From Actinomycetota bacterium (GTDB lineage: Bacteria > Actinomycetota > Geothermincolia > Fen-727 > JAQUKT01): 64,000 nucleotides of DNA. The stretch is from positions 7,874-71,873 of the forward strand of contig JAQUKT010000002.1 in NCBI GenBank assembly GCA_028718945.1, read 5' to 3'. Both the position numbers and the translations under genes were made by a program. The notes beneath the pieces were generated by a model. The model saw only the letters and a program-made list of their open reading frames with translations. It searched no databases and had not been told where the DNA came from. Position 1 is the first letter of the stretch. Each line of letters opens with the position of its first letter. Positions 56,003-64,000 of the stretch are shown here, in pieces.

Positions 56003-56416
56003 CTATTCCTTAGAAAGAACTTCGATAAGAGTTTTGATCAAATCTGTCTCGGTGATAATCCCGACGAGCTTATCGTTATCACAGACAGGAAGGCCCCCGA
56101 CTTTCAACTCGAGTATCAGGCGCGCCGCTTTGGCGATGTCGTCGTTCGGTGAGACAGTTTGAGGATTTGCCGTCATGATTGATTCAATCTTGACCGTATC
56201 GAGTAGGAAGTCATGGTATTTCTTTTCCGTCAGAACTACCGAAGAGGCAGTTGCGTTTCTCAAGTCGCGGTCGGTGACAATCCCGACGAGCTTATCTCCA
56301 TCCAGCACCGGAAAGCGTCTGATTTTTCTTCCCTGAACAATATCCCAGGCAACTCTTATTGGTTCGTCCACTTGAACGGTTACCAATTCTGTGCTCATTC
56401 GTTCCCGAACCTTCAC
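56003..56416 (-). CDS. CBS domain pair protein
   Basis: 137 aa with two CBS motifs ('VAWDIVQGRKIRRFPVLDGDKLVGIVTDRDL' and 'AARLILELKVGGLPVCDNDKLVGIITETDL'). Confidence 0.8.
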   Translation of the reverse strand: MKVRERMSTELVTVQVDEPIRVAWDIVQGRKIRRFPVLDGDKLVGIVTDRDLRNATASSVVLTEKKYHDFLLDTVKIESIMTANPQTVSPNDDIAKAARLILELKVGGLPVCDNDKLVGIITETDLIKTLIEVLSKE

Positions 56417-56514
56417 TTCTCCTCCCTTGATTTTGTTTTTGCATCTTGCAACGTCATTTCAATTATACTTGTTCTGGCAATTATAGTCGCTTTTATGGTT
56501 AGACGGAGCCGACT

Positions 56515-57309
56515 TTGAGAAGAGCAAAAAAAGAGCAAAGGAAGAAGGAGGAAAAGCAACCTCGGGAAAGCACTCTCAAGCCTGGTGAGGCAAAAAGACC
56601 ATTGTTCATTGCAGGCTGGGGGGGCGTCCTCGGTGAAACACTATCGCCGCCAAAACCTGAAGCTCCTCCACGAAAGAACAAAAAAGCGCTCGATACTCCC
56701 CGTGGGATGGTGGAAATTGAAAACTACTCCCCTTCTTCAATGCTCGAGAAACTGAGTATTGATGATGGAATCTTCATGTTCAGCAGGCACAACCCAGAAA
56801 GGCAAAAAGAGGCGCTTGTCAATGTTGCGAAATCGGATGGTGGCAATGTCGTCACGGCCGTAATTGGGGAAACATTGGTTGGTTATGTTGGAATTCACCA
56901 CCCCTCTGAAAGGGAGCGATGGGGCAAGCCAAAGTACAACTGGCTTTTTGAGCTTGGGGCAATAGAAGTAAGCAGGAACTACAGGAAGCTCGGGATTGCA
57001 AACGCGATGCTACAGGCTACCTTTGACGACCCGTTCTACGAGGACAAAATTGTTTTCGCGACGGGCTTTACTTGGCACTGGGACATGGAAGGAACGGGAC
57101 TCGACAAGTTTCAATACAGGTCGATGGGTGTGAAATTTTTTGGCAGGTATGGCTTCATGGAGATGTCAACGGACGAAAGCAACATATCAATGGACCCCGC
57201 TAACTTATTCTTGGTTAGGCTCGGCAAAAGCACAACCTTCAGCCAGTACCAGAAGTTTGCGGCGCTCCTTTTCGCAAATGAGTGGGAAGCGATGCTCCGG
57301 GGAATTTAG
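56515..57309 (+). CDS. acuA: acetoin utilization protein AcuA-like GNAT acetyltransferase (possibly shorter: ATG 56707); Lys-rich N-terminal extension
   Basis: The C-terminal 200 aa align with B. subtilis AcuA ('LFELGAIEVSRNYRKLGIANAML' and 'TGFTWHWDMEGTGLDKFQYRSMGVKFF...MDPANLFLVRLGKS'). The N-terminal 'MRRAKKEQRKKEEKQPRE...' may be a mis-extended start. Confidence 0.7.
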   Translation: MRRAKKEQRKKEEKQPRESTLKPGEAKRPLFIAGWGGVLGETLSPPKPEAPPRKNKKALDTPRGMVEIENYSPSSMLEKLSIDDGIFMFSRHNPERQKEALVNVAKSDGGNVVTAVIGETLVGYVGIHHPSERERWGKPKYNWLFELGAIEVSRNYRKLGIANAMLQATFDDPFYEDKIVFATGFTWHWDMEGTGLDKFQYRSMGVKFFGRYGFMEMSTDESNISMDPANLFLVRLGKSTTFSQYQKFAALLFANEWEAMLRGI

Positions 57310-57326
57310 CTTCCTTCGTCAATGCC

Positions 57327-58421
57327 TTAAGCCGGCAAGAATCTGTCTTTCAATTTCTTCATGACGCTTGGCATGGTCGTATATTCCATCTCGTCAAGCG
57401 GCAAGCGGTGTGGCTCAAAAGGTCCATGTCTTCTTAGGTAATCCGCAGCATCGAGAGCAAGCTGCCTTGCATTGTCGAAGCTTTTGTCTCCGAGCATATC
57501 CCGAGGACCGATGAGTTTCCCATCCTTTAACTGAAACCCACGCCCGACAACTCGAGGCGGACCATCAAAGCGAGTCGGAGTGTCATCTTCAAGAGCAACT
57601 GGCATAAGAGGACCGTGATGAGAGCCCCTCATCCAGCCGGCGACCGCGTGAGGAAAGGCGAACGGCTCCACGACCTCCCCCACTGCCGGAAGGCCGCTTT
57701 GGCAACGAACAGCCATTACCGGATCGTCTTTTCCTATGTATCTGCCGGCCATGAGAAAAAGCCTCTGAGTGGAGGTTACTGCTACGGGTTCATCGCTACT
57801 CTTCCTGAAAACGTGTTTTATGACAAAGCGAGATGGAGAACCGATGAACACGAGCATGTCATACATCTCTTCCGGGCAGTTGAAAATTATCTTCTTCTCA
57901 TCGATCAGGTCATGGACCTCGAATCTGAATCCATCGTGCATGCTGGGGTCAATCACGAGACCAATTGTGTTGAACGGGTCTGCAAACATTCTGAAAAGTG
58001 GCATGTTCCATGCTCCGGGCTCGGTTTTGTCGGCAAGAAATATAATAACCGGCTCACTTGGCCTTTCGTTGAAGGTCATCTCGGCGAAGCCTGGACCCAT
58101 TCCCTTTAAATTCCCTGAGAACGCATCAACCAACAGGTCCTGCCCTGCGCCGTACTGCCCGAACTCTTTTGCGACTTCGGTCATTGCAGTGAAGGTGTCC
58201 CAGGCAAATTTGTGGATTTCCTCGTTTTCCACTCCTTTCTGGTGCGTCATAATCAGGGCAATGTCATCTCCAACCTCGCCTTGGCTGAAATCAATTATCA
58301 GGCCATTCTTTTTTGCCTTTTCGAGTTGCTCCACAGCCTTACGTCTGAGCTCAGGGTGAACGTCAGAATGACCGACGTAGCCCCCAACGTCAGCTTTTAT
58401 GATGCTTAGCGTTATTTCCAC
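57327..58421 (-). CDS. fbp: bifunctional fructose-1,6-bisphosphate aldolase/phosphatase (class V FBPase)
   Basis: 364 aa. 'ITLSIIKADVGGYVGHSDVHP' N-terminus and overall collinearity with archaeal/Aquificae FBP aldolase/phosphatases. Confidence 0.85.
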   Translation of the reverse strand: MEITLSIIKADVGGYVGHSDVHPELRRKAVEQLEKAKKNGLIIDFSQGEVGDDIALIMTHQKGVENEEIHKFAWDTFTAMTEVAKEFGQYGAGQDLLVDAFSGNLKGMGPGFAEMTFNERPSEPVIIFLADKTEPGAWNMPLFRMFADPFNTIGLVIDPSMHDGFRFEVHDLIDEKKIIFNCPEEMYDMLVFIGSPSRFVIKHVFRKSSDEPVAVTSTQRLFLMAGRYIGKDDPVMAVRCQSGLPAVGEVVEPFAFPHAVAGWMRGSHHGPLMPVALEDDTPTRFDGPPRVVGRGFQLKDGKLIGPRDMLGDKSFDNARQLALDAADYLRRHGPFEPHRLPLDEMEYTTMPSVMKKLKDRFLPA

Positions 58422-58777
58422 CTTGAGGACCTCCTTTTTCTCTGGAACGAAACTGTTGCCTCCAAAATTCGCTCAGAATTTCCTTGAGCGATTTTATTAC
58501 ATTGGCATTAGTGTTTCAAATTCGAGGTTGGGTGTCAAATTGAGCGTTGCTGTGAGTGCCATGGATTAATAATGAAAATCTCAATTGAACAAGGTAGGGA
58601 CGTAGGTTGTGGCTCTTCCTTCCGTCAAGTTGCTTCTTGAGTCCCCCCTTTGCACTTAGGGGTCTTTTTGAGGGAAATGCGAAAGTTTCAAGTCAGGAAA
58701 ACTCGAGTGGCATTATCGAAATTTCTAATGATGTGCGCGACAGGATAAAGATTTTGTCTTGAGGAATCAGAGCCGGG

Positions 58778-59539
58778 TTAAATTCTATCCCTGACAAAGT
58801 CGAAGTGTTTTTCTCCCGTGAGGAACTTATCGAGATCTTCCCCGTCGTAAAGTTTAGTTACTATTCTTCTTACCTTTGCGGCAATCATGTCCATCAGGTT
58901 TTTTGTTATTGGTTCTTCGTAAAGAGGTGAAAGGTCGAGAGGGCGTCCGATTCTTGGGGTGACTTTTCGGTAAGTGATAAGTTCAACTCCCTTTTTCGCT
59001 TGCGGGTGTTTTACGAACGGGCTTGTGAGGAAACCGGGGATCTTGAAAAATTCCTTTTCTTCCTCGGCAACTATGGCGCAGGGAATGATTGGTACATGGT
59101 TTTCAAGTGCTATCCTTGCAAATCCGGTCTTGAATTCAGATATTTTGTTTCCTCTGTGAACATACATGAATGACTCTATTCCTTCGGGGAAAAGACCCAC
59201 CAACTCCCCGTTTTGCAGCAGGCGTCCGGCCTCGTCAATGCTTTTGTCACCTTCCTCGCCGCCGTAAATGCTGACTTGGAAGAAACCAAGTAGTTTCATT
59301 ATTGGTTTCGAGCCCGGAACAAGGTAGAGGTGTGAACCTGCCCCGAAGTTTACGAAGCGTTCGATAGAGTACGCTATGACAAGAGGGTCAAGGTACGAAC
59401 GGTGATTAGCGATAACAATCGCGCCGCCTTCCTGCGGAACATTTTCCTCGCCCTCGGGTTTGAGTCTCAAGTGAAGTGAAAAAAGAGGACCGAAAAACGT
59501 TCGCAGACCTTCATAGAAAAGCATGCTTCCTATTTCCAA
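58778..59539 (-). CDS. plsC: 1-acyl-sn-glycerol-3-phosphate acyltransferase family protein
   Basis: 253 aa with HX4D motif 'NHRSYLDP' and 'FPEGIES' acyltransferase motif III. Confidence 0.8.
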   Translation of the reverse strand: MEIGSMLFYEGLRTFFGPLFSLHLRLKPEGEENVPQEGGAIVIANHRSYLDPLVIAYSIERFVNFGAGSHLYLVPGSKPIMKLLGFFQVSIYGGEEGDKSIDEAGRLLQNGELVGLFPEGIESFMYVHRGNKISEFKTGFARIALENHVPIIPCAIVAEEEKEFFKIPGFLTSPFVKHPQAKKGVELITYRKVTPRIGRPLDLSPLYEEPITKNLMDMIAAKVRRIVTKLYDGEDLDKFLTGEKHFDFVRDRI

Positions 59540-59554
59540 ATGGATCCTTTCGGT

Positions 59555-60637
59555 TTATTCCGCGGATATGGTGTATTTACCGTATGACGGCTCGTTTTCC
59601 CCCCAGGTAATGTTCGAGTTCCTGTCCGTCAAGGCTTCGACTGCGCCTGCAATTTTTGCCGCATAGAGTATCTGGTTGTATGCACTTTTTATCTCGACCG
59701 AAACGGAACTTTCGGTTGTTTGAAAGGAAACCGGATAGCCAAACCCGCGAGCCCCCATTTCGGAAAGGTATTCGTTCCAGAAAGAGTGGTGGTTGGCGGT
59801 CTCGGCTTTCTTTGATTCGAGTTTCTGCCGCGAGTACTGTTTCTGGGAGTCATAAAGCATGTCCAAGACTTCCTCGCCGAGTTCATGGGCAAGCTCTCTC
59901 AAAATTGCGTTCATGGACTGAACTGCCACCATTCCCTCTCTCATTCCGGTTTTTTTATTTCTTATTTCTCCGGCTTCTAAGTTCCAGATGAAAGATTGGG
60001 AAATTCTTTCAGGCACCCCGCACCTGCATTTTTCAAAGGTAAGCTTCCCTTCCCCGGATGAAGGTTCCTCCAGATAAAGGCGTTCGGCTGAAACTCGGGA
60101 TTCCTCTGCATGGCTCATCCGCACGTAGAGAGTTCCGCCCTCGACCTTATATTCCGCACTCGAGCCCGGCATCTCCTCGACACATTCGTAAATGCCGAGA
60201 CAGTTGCCGACTACCATCGGTATCAAGCAGGGATTTATGAATGAGAGAGTTGCGGATTCTCCTGCTTTGTAAGAAACAAGGCCTATACTTCCTGCTCCCA
60301 TTGCTGCTACGTAATTTCTCACAGACCAGATGAGGAGTTTCGCGAGAAACTGAAGTTTCAAAAACGAGGGGATGCGCTTGACATCTATGTTCATATACAA
60401 TCCCCGGGCTATCTCATATATTGTTTTCCCGACGTTTTTCTGGGCTTCGATGAGGATATGCTCGACTGGCGAGCCAACCTTGCTCGTAAGTTCGTTGAAA
60501 ATGAAATCCCATTCATTGACCTCGAGGAACATGAGCGGCATTCTTAGCCTTTGGCTTGCTAAGATTGTCCCGTCGCCTTGCCATTCGAAGACGGAAGAAT
60601 ATCTCCTCGGGAAACCGCAAATTTTGCACCTGAGCAT
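59555..60637 (-). CDS. hypothetical protein (no recognised domain), 15 nt upstream of plsC
   Basis: 360-aa ORF with N-terminal 'CKICGF' and later 'CRCG' cysteine pairs. Same strand as plsC with a tiny intergenic gap. Confidence 0.5.
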   Translation of the reverse strand: MLRCKICGFPRRYSSVFEWQGDGTILASQRLRMPLMFLEVNEWDFIFNELTSKVGSPVEHILIEAQKNVGKTIYEIARGLYMNIDVKRIPSFLKLQFLAKLLIWSVRNYVAAMGAGSIGLVSYKAGESATLSFINPCLIPMVVGNCLGIYECVEEMPGSSAEYKVEGGTLYVRMSHAEESRVSAERLYLEEPSSGEGKLTFEKCRCGVPERISQSFIWNLEAGEIRNKKTGMREGMVAVQSMNAILRELAHELGEEVLDMLYDSQKQYSRQKLESKKAETANHHSFWNEYLSEMGARGFGYPVSFQTTESSVSVEIKSAYNQILYAAKIAGAVEALTDRNSNITWGENEPSYGKYTISAE

Positions 60638-60759
60638 TTTAGCCCCCTTGCGCTGATTGCCGACTGACTGAGAACCATGCCGAATCCCAGTACAAAAACT
60701 GAGTTCTTACATTTTGAGGTACATAATACCAGATCACTCGAGTGCAGTCTTATGCCTTG

Positions 60760-63285
60760 TTAGAAGCCGACCACATCGTGCCCACCGGTCCAACCGTTGT
60801 AGTTGAAGTACATTGGGCGCTCAGCCACCACGGGCTTGTCCGCCTGCACCCTGGCCGAGACATCATGGCCGCGGCCGATCACGCCGGCGACATTCAGGGT
60901 CGCGCGCGCGCGCGCGCTGATGTCTAACTGCTGGGCTCTCTGCTCACCCGTCCCGAGCATAAAGGTGATCGTTACGTGTGCCTTCTCGCTGCCCGGGTTC
61001 CCTATGCAGATGTACTCGTCGAAGCCCTCGCGGGTGCACCCCTCGGCGAAGAACCAGCTCGTCTTGTCCGTTGATGAACCGAGCACATCGTGCCCACCGG
61101 TCCAACCGTTGTAGTTGAAGTACATTGGGCGCTCGGCAACCACGGGCTGGTCGCTCTCGATGGTCATCGAGGAGTCGACCCCTTGCCCGAGGGGCACGCT
61201 CACGTCCAGAGTCCAGCGGGAGTTGGAACCGACTGTGTAACTCTCGCTCTGCTGGGTCCCGTCCCCCTTGAAGAAGTGGACCGTTATATGTGCGTCGGCG
61301 GGGTTCGCGTTCTGAACTGCAAGCCACTCCTCGAAGCCGGGCTGGGTGCTCCCCTCAGCGAAGTACCACAAGTTCTTGGGGAAGTCGGCCCCCATCACGA
61401 CATGGCCGCCGTCCCACTTGCTGTGGTAGTTGAAGTACATTGGGCGCTCGGCGACGATGGAGTCATCGCAGTGAACGTGCACGGAGACATCCTGGCCGGG
61501 ACCCACGTCGCCGTTCACGAAGACGGACACGCGCGAGTGTGCCGGCACGTTGTACTCCTTCTGCTGCATGTAGGCGCCAGCGGATATGTAGAAGACCTTG
61601 ACATTGACAGCCTTGCTGTTCGGGTTCTGTATGCAGATCCACTCCTCGAAGCCTTCTCTGGTTGTGCCCTCCGCGAAGTACCAGTCGCACCCGGGCGAGA
61701 CGGCCCCGGTCACGCAGTGCCCACCCGTCCAGGAGAAACCAGGCTGACCCATCTTGTAGTTGAAGTACATGGGGCGTTCGGCGTAGAACTCACCCTCGGC
61801 GAGTAGCATCACCGATACGTCCTGCCCCGGTCCTATATCTTCATTCACGTTTATGGAGGTGCGCGAGGTGGCATCGATGGTGTAAGTTTTTTCGATAGGC
61901 GCCCCTCCGGCCAGCATATATGTGGCGGTGACCTCCAGCGCTTTTTTGCCCGGGTTCTGCAGGCATAGCCATTCATTGAAGCCCTCGCGGGTGCACCCCT
62001 CGGCGAAGTAGTAGGAGTAGTAAGTGGGTGTAATCACGGTGAAGGTCTTGGGATTGGAGATGCCGCCGGGCGTCACGACCTTCAACTCCACCTGGCCCGA
62101 AGCCCCCGCGGGGACCTTTGCGCTTATGCGCGTATCCGACCAGGCTGTGTACTCGGAGGCATCAATGGAGCCGAACCCCACGTACGAGCTGTCCCGGGTG
62201 TCCCCGAAGTCTGTACCTCTTATGGTTACCTCCGCGCCGACGCGCCCGGAGGTCGGCGCGATGCTCGATATGCGGGGCGGGTTGCGGTAGCCGCCTCCAT
62301 CGGTGGTGTGCAGTACAATGCCGCCCTCCCCGACGGCCCAGGCGTTCTTCGCATCCGCCGCCGCCACGCCGGTGAGTTCCGCGGTTACGCCGGACGACTG
62401 CGGGAACCAGGTCTTCCCACCATCGACCGTTTTCCAGATCGTCCCCCGCCCACCGACCGCCCAGGCCGTGTTCTCGTCGACCGCGCAGACTGAGACTGAA
62501 CCTTGCGATTGAGGATCCAGCTGCTTGTTCCAAGTCGAACCACCGTTCGTCGATTTGTATATGCCGCTTCCCACGGCCCAGATTACCTGTGAGTTGACGG
62601 CCCATATATCGGACATCACCGTTCCCATGTCATTGACCGTCCAGTGCGCTCCGCCGTCGGTTGTCTTGATGAGCGAACCGTCGGTCCCGAGCGCCCATGC
62701 GGTCTGGGCGCTGACGGCGGTCACCGATCGCAAGAAGCTTGAGTATCCGGTCTTCTTCCGGCTCTGCCAGTGCGCTCCGCCGTCGGTGGTCCTCGCGATG
62801 GCGCCACCTTCTCCCACGACCCACACGGTCTGGGTATCGACGGCCCATATGGCCCAGTAGGTCTGGGAGAGTCCCGTATCTATCTCTGACCAGTTCGTGC
62901 CACCATCGAGGGTGTGGAGTATCCGGTCTAACCCGATCGCCCATGCGTCGTTCGCGCCGGCTATTGAGATGTCTAGGGCCTGCCTCGGGGGGACATATCT
63001 ATTCCAAGTGCCGCCCCCGTTATGAGACCACAGCAATATGCCCGACGGATTGGCTCCGCCTATGTAGACGTTGTCCTTGCCCCAGTTGGCGACCCCGGTC
63101 AGGCCGATCGAGGTCCCAGCGTCCACCAACTGCCATCCGAGAGGAGTGGCGGCGGTGGTCTCTGCCTTGATCGATGGAGCTGCAACCGACATCGCCAGCA
63201 GCACGAGCAGCGGTACTACCACTGCGACCGAATGCCTCAGCCTTCTGCTGTTCGCCATCTCTCCAACCTCCTTGTTATCAGACAA
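60760..63285 (-). CDS. secreted beta-propeller (BNR/Ycf48-like) - IPT/TIG - 5x repeat-domain protein; high-GC island
   Basis: 841 aa. Signal peptide 'VAVVVPLLVLLAMSVAAPSIKA'. About seven 'TxDGGxxW' blades. IPT-like 'PRISSIAPTSGRVGAEVTIRGTDFG'. Five repeats of about 104 aa ('YFAEGxTREGFxEWxCxQNP...AERPMYFNY'). Local GC is about 62-65% against about 50% in the flanks. Confidence 0.7.
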   Translation of the reverse strand: MSDNKEVGEMANSRRLRHSVAVVVPLLVLLAMSVAAPSIKAETTAATPLGWQLVDAGTSIGLTGVANWGKDNVYIGGANPSGILLWSHNGGGTWNRYVPPRQALDISIAGANDAWAIGLDRILHTLDGGTNWSEIDTGLSQTYWAIWAVDTQTVWVVGEGGAIARTTDGGAHWQSRKKTGYSSFLRSVTAVSAQTAWALGTDGSLIKTTDGGAHWTVNDMGTVMSDIWAVNSQVIWAVGSGIYKSTNGGSTWNKQLDPQSQGSVSVCAVDENTAWAVGGRGTIWKTVDGGKTWFPQSSGVTAELTGVAAADAKNAWAVGEGGIVLHTTDGGGYRNPPRISSIAPTSGRVGAEVTIRGTDFGDTRDSSYVGFGSIDASEYTAWSDTRISAKVPAGASGQVELKVVTPGGISNPKTFTVITPTYYSYYFAEGCTREGFNEWLCLQNPGKKALEVTATYMLAGGAPIEKTYTIDATSRTSINVNEDIGPGQDVSVMLLAEGEFYAERPMYFNYKMGQPGFSWTGGHCVTGAVSPGCDWYFAEGTTREGFEEWICIQNPNSKAVNVKVFYISAGAYMQQKEYNVPAHSRVSVFVNGDVGPGQDVSVHVHCDDSIVAERPMYFNYHSKWDGGHVVMGADFPKNLWYFAEGSTQPGFEEWLAVQNANPADAHITVHFFKGDGTQQSESYTVGSNSRWTLDVSVPLGQGVDSSMTIESDQPVVAERPMYFNYNGWTGGHDVLGSSTDKTSWFFAEGCTREGFDEYICIGNPGSEKAHVTITFMLGTGEQRAQQLDISARARATLNVAGVIGRGHDVSARVQADKPVVAERPMYFNYNGWTGGHDVVGF
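60772..60822. repeat. exact 51-bp intragenic DNA repeat, copy 1 (second copy 61084-61134)
   Basis: 'cacatcgtgcccaccggtccaaccgttgtagttgaagtacattgggcgctc' occurs identically 312 bp (104 codons) apart. It marks a recent duplication of the last protein repeat unit. Confidence 0.85.
61084..61134. repeat. exact 51-bp intragenic DNA repeat, copy 2
   Basis: Identical to 60772-60822. Confidence 0.85.
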
Positions 63286-63621
63286 CCCCTACTCCACGCG
63301 GAACCTCTATTCTTTAATTCAGCGCCTGGAACGTACCGCTTATGTAAAGATACTGCATATGTATGCGCCATTAACCTTTTCGGGAAGTGCTGCCATTTTG
63401 CTCATGGTTTTCATCGACATGGTAGCGGATGAACTTTACCCTGTCAATCGCTCGAACTGTGAGTTTGCCCCGGGCTGCCTTTTCTATTCCCGCTCCTTCA
63501 CGGTTGTTGTCTGGAATCTCAAAGCCCCGTCGTATGAATGAAACAGTTGACCGAGGACTTACCGAGGAGTAGTATTCTCCCCCGGGATACATCAACTTTA
63601 GGGAGTTTCAAGGAGGTTTCG

Positions 63622-64000
63622 ATGAGAAGAGCAGTTTCTTTTTTATCGGTCCTATTTTTACTCGTTCTTCTTCCATTCTTTTCGCTCCCCGCTTTGGCTG
63701 AGCACTCCGGTGGTTCGATTGGCTCATGGAGCCTCGAAGTGTCGCGTGGATTTGGAGCGGGAGCGGCAAACACGGCAGCGGGTCCTCTTGTCACTTATAA
63801 TGGAAAACTATACGCCGGGGTTGCAAACGAAGCAGGCGCACGGGTGATGGTGAGGGATGGGAACTGGAAGGCTATAAATACCGCTGGCTTTGGAGATTCA
63901 AAAAACGCGGATATCCCAAGGATGGTTGTGTACAAGGGGAAGCTCTACGCCGGGACCATGAACCAAAATGGTTGTCAAGTATGGAGTTATGATGGGAGCA
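63622..64000 (+). CDS. secreted repeat protein, 5' partial (runs off window end)
   Basis: RBS AGGAGG at 63611-63616. Signal peptide 'VLFLLVLLPFFSLPALA'. Repeated 'GKLYAG(V/T)xNxxG' motif (beta-propeller-like). Divergent from the high-GC gene. Confidence 0.5.
   Translation, partial: MRRAVSFLSVLFLLVLLPFFSLPALAEHSGGSIGSWSLEVSRGFGAGAANTAAGPLVTYNGKLYAGVANEAGARVMVRDGNWKAINTAGFGDSKNADIPRMVVYKGKLYAGTMNQNGCQVWSYDGS

Noticed and set aside
60803-63541. Many overlapping ORFs of 60-240 aa in all six frames (for example 61090-61806 +, 62162-62605 -, 62739-63170 +)
   Set aside because: They are artefacts of the 62-65% GC content of the 841-aa repeat-protein gene. They are Arg/Pro/Gly-rich, lack starts with an RBS and are antisense or out of frame relative to a gene with clear domain structure.
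1-64000. CRISPR arrays, IS elements, integrases, prophage or toxin-antitoxin genes
   Set aside because: None were found. The only repeats are the intragenic 51-bp duplication, the 24-nt AKK tandem repeat and the two 14-bp palindromes. There are no transposase- or integrase-like ORFs.

Overview
This 64-kb window covers the chromosomal replication-origin region of an anaerobic bacterium of about 50% GC.

**Origin neighbourhood (1-12 kb).** The window opens with the classical origin cluster: a DUF721 protein, dnaN and dnaA on the minus strand, diverging from rpmH-rnpA-yidD-yidC-jag on the plus strand. A cluster of DnaA boxes (local consensus TTTTCCACA) sits in the rpmH-dnaA gap. A 733-bp ORF-free gap follows at the position where mnmE-mnmG normally lie. 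rsmG, parA-parB and an aminotransferase-ddl pair come next.

**Chemotaxis and core genes (12-25 kb).** A complete Firmicutes-type chemotaxis operon reads cheR-mcp-cheW-cheY-cheB-cheA-cheC-cheD. A Cache/HAMP sensor lacking a canonical MCP signalling domain is convergent with it. An Amidase_3 cell-wall amidase follows. A Bacillus-type long SRP RNA sits immediately upstream of dnaX-ybaB-recR.

**Transport and lysine branch (25-33 kb).** A MacAB-type tripartite ABC efflux system is followed by a CPBP protease and asd-lysC.

**Hdr/Por cluster (33-46 kb).** The most striking block is a roughly 13-kb minus-strand gene run. It combines two heterodisulfide-reductase-like modules with a four-subunit 2-oxoacid:ferredoxin oxidoreductase (porGDAB):
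- stand-alone hdrC and hdrB;
- a 1002-aa tandem hdrA;
- an mvhD-hdrC-hdrB fusion;
- a split hdrA whose two halves are separated by a 47-aa AKKAAKKP-repeat histone-H1-like micro-ORF, with the C-terminal half fused to MvhD.

**Remaining genes (46-64 kb).** The rest of the window contains:
- an SDR epimerase, a frameshifted TIGR00725 gene, glycerate kinase and an 860-aa HEAT-repeat protein;
- a GerMN lipoprotein, an orphan RsbW-like anti-sigma kinase, a gamma-carbonic anhydrase and two paralogous lipoproteins;
- a CBS protein, AcuA, an archaeal-type class V FBP aldolase/phosphatase and PlsC;
- a 2.5-kb high-GC island (about 62-65% GC). It encodes a secreted beta-propeller-IPT protein with five tandem repeats of about 104 aa and carries an exact 51-bp internal DNA duplication.

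No CRISPR array, tRNA or obvious mobile element was seen.
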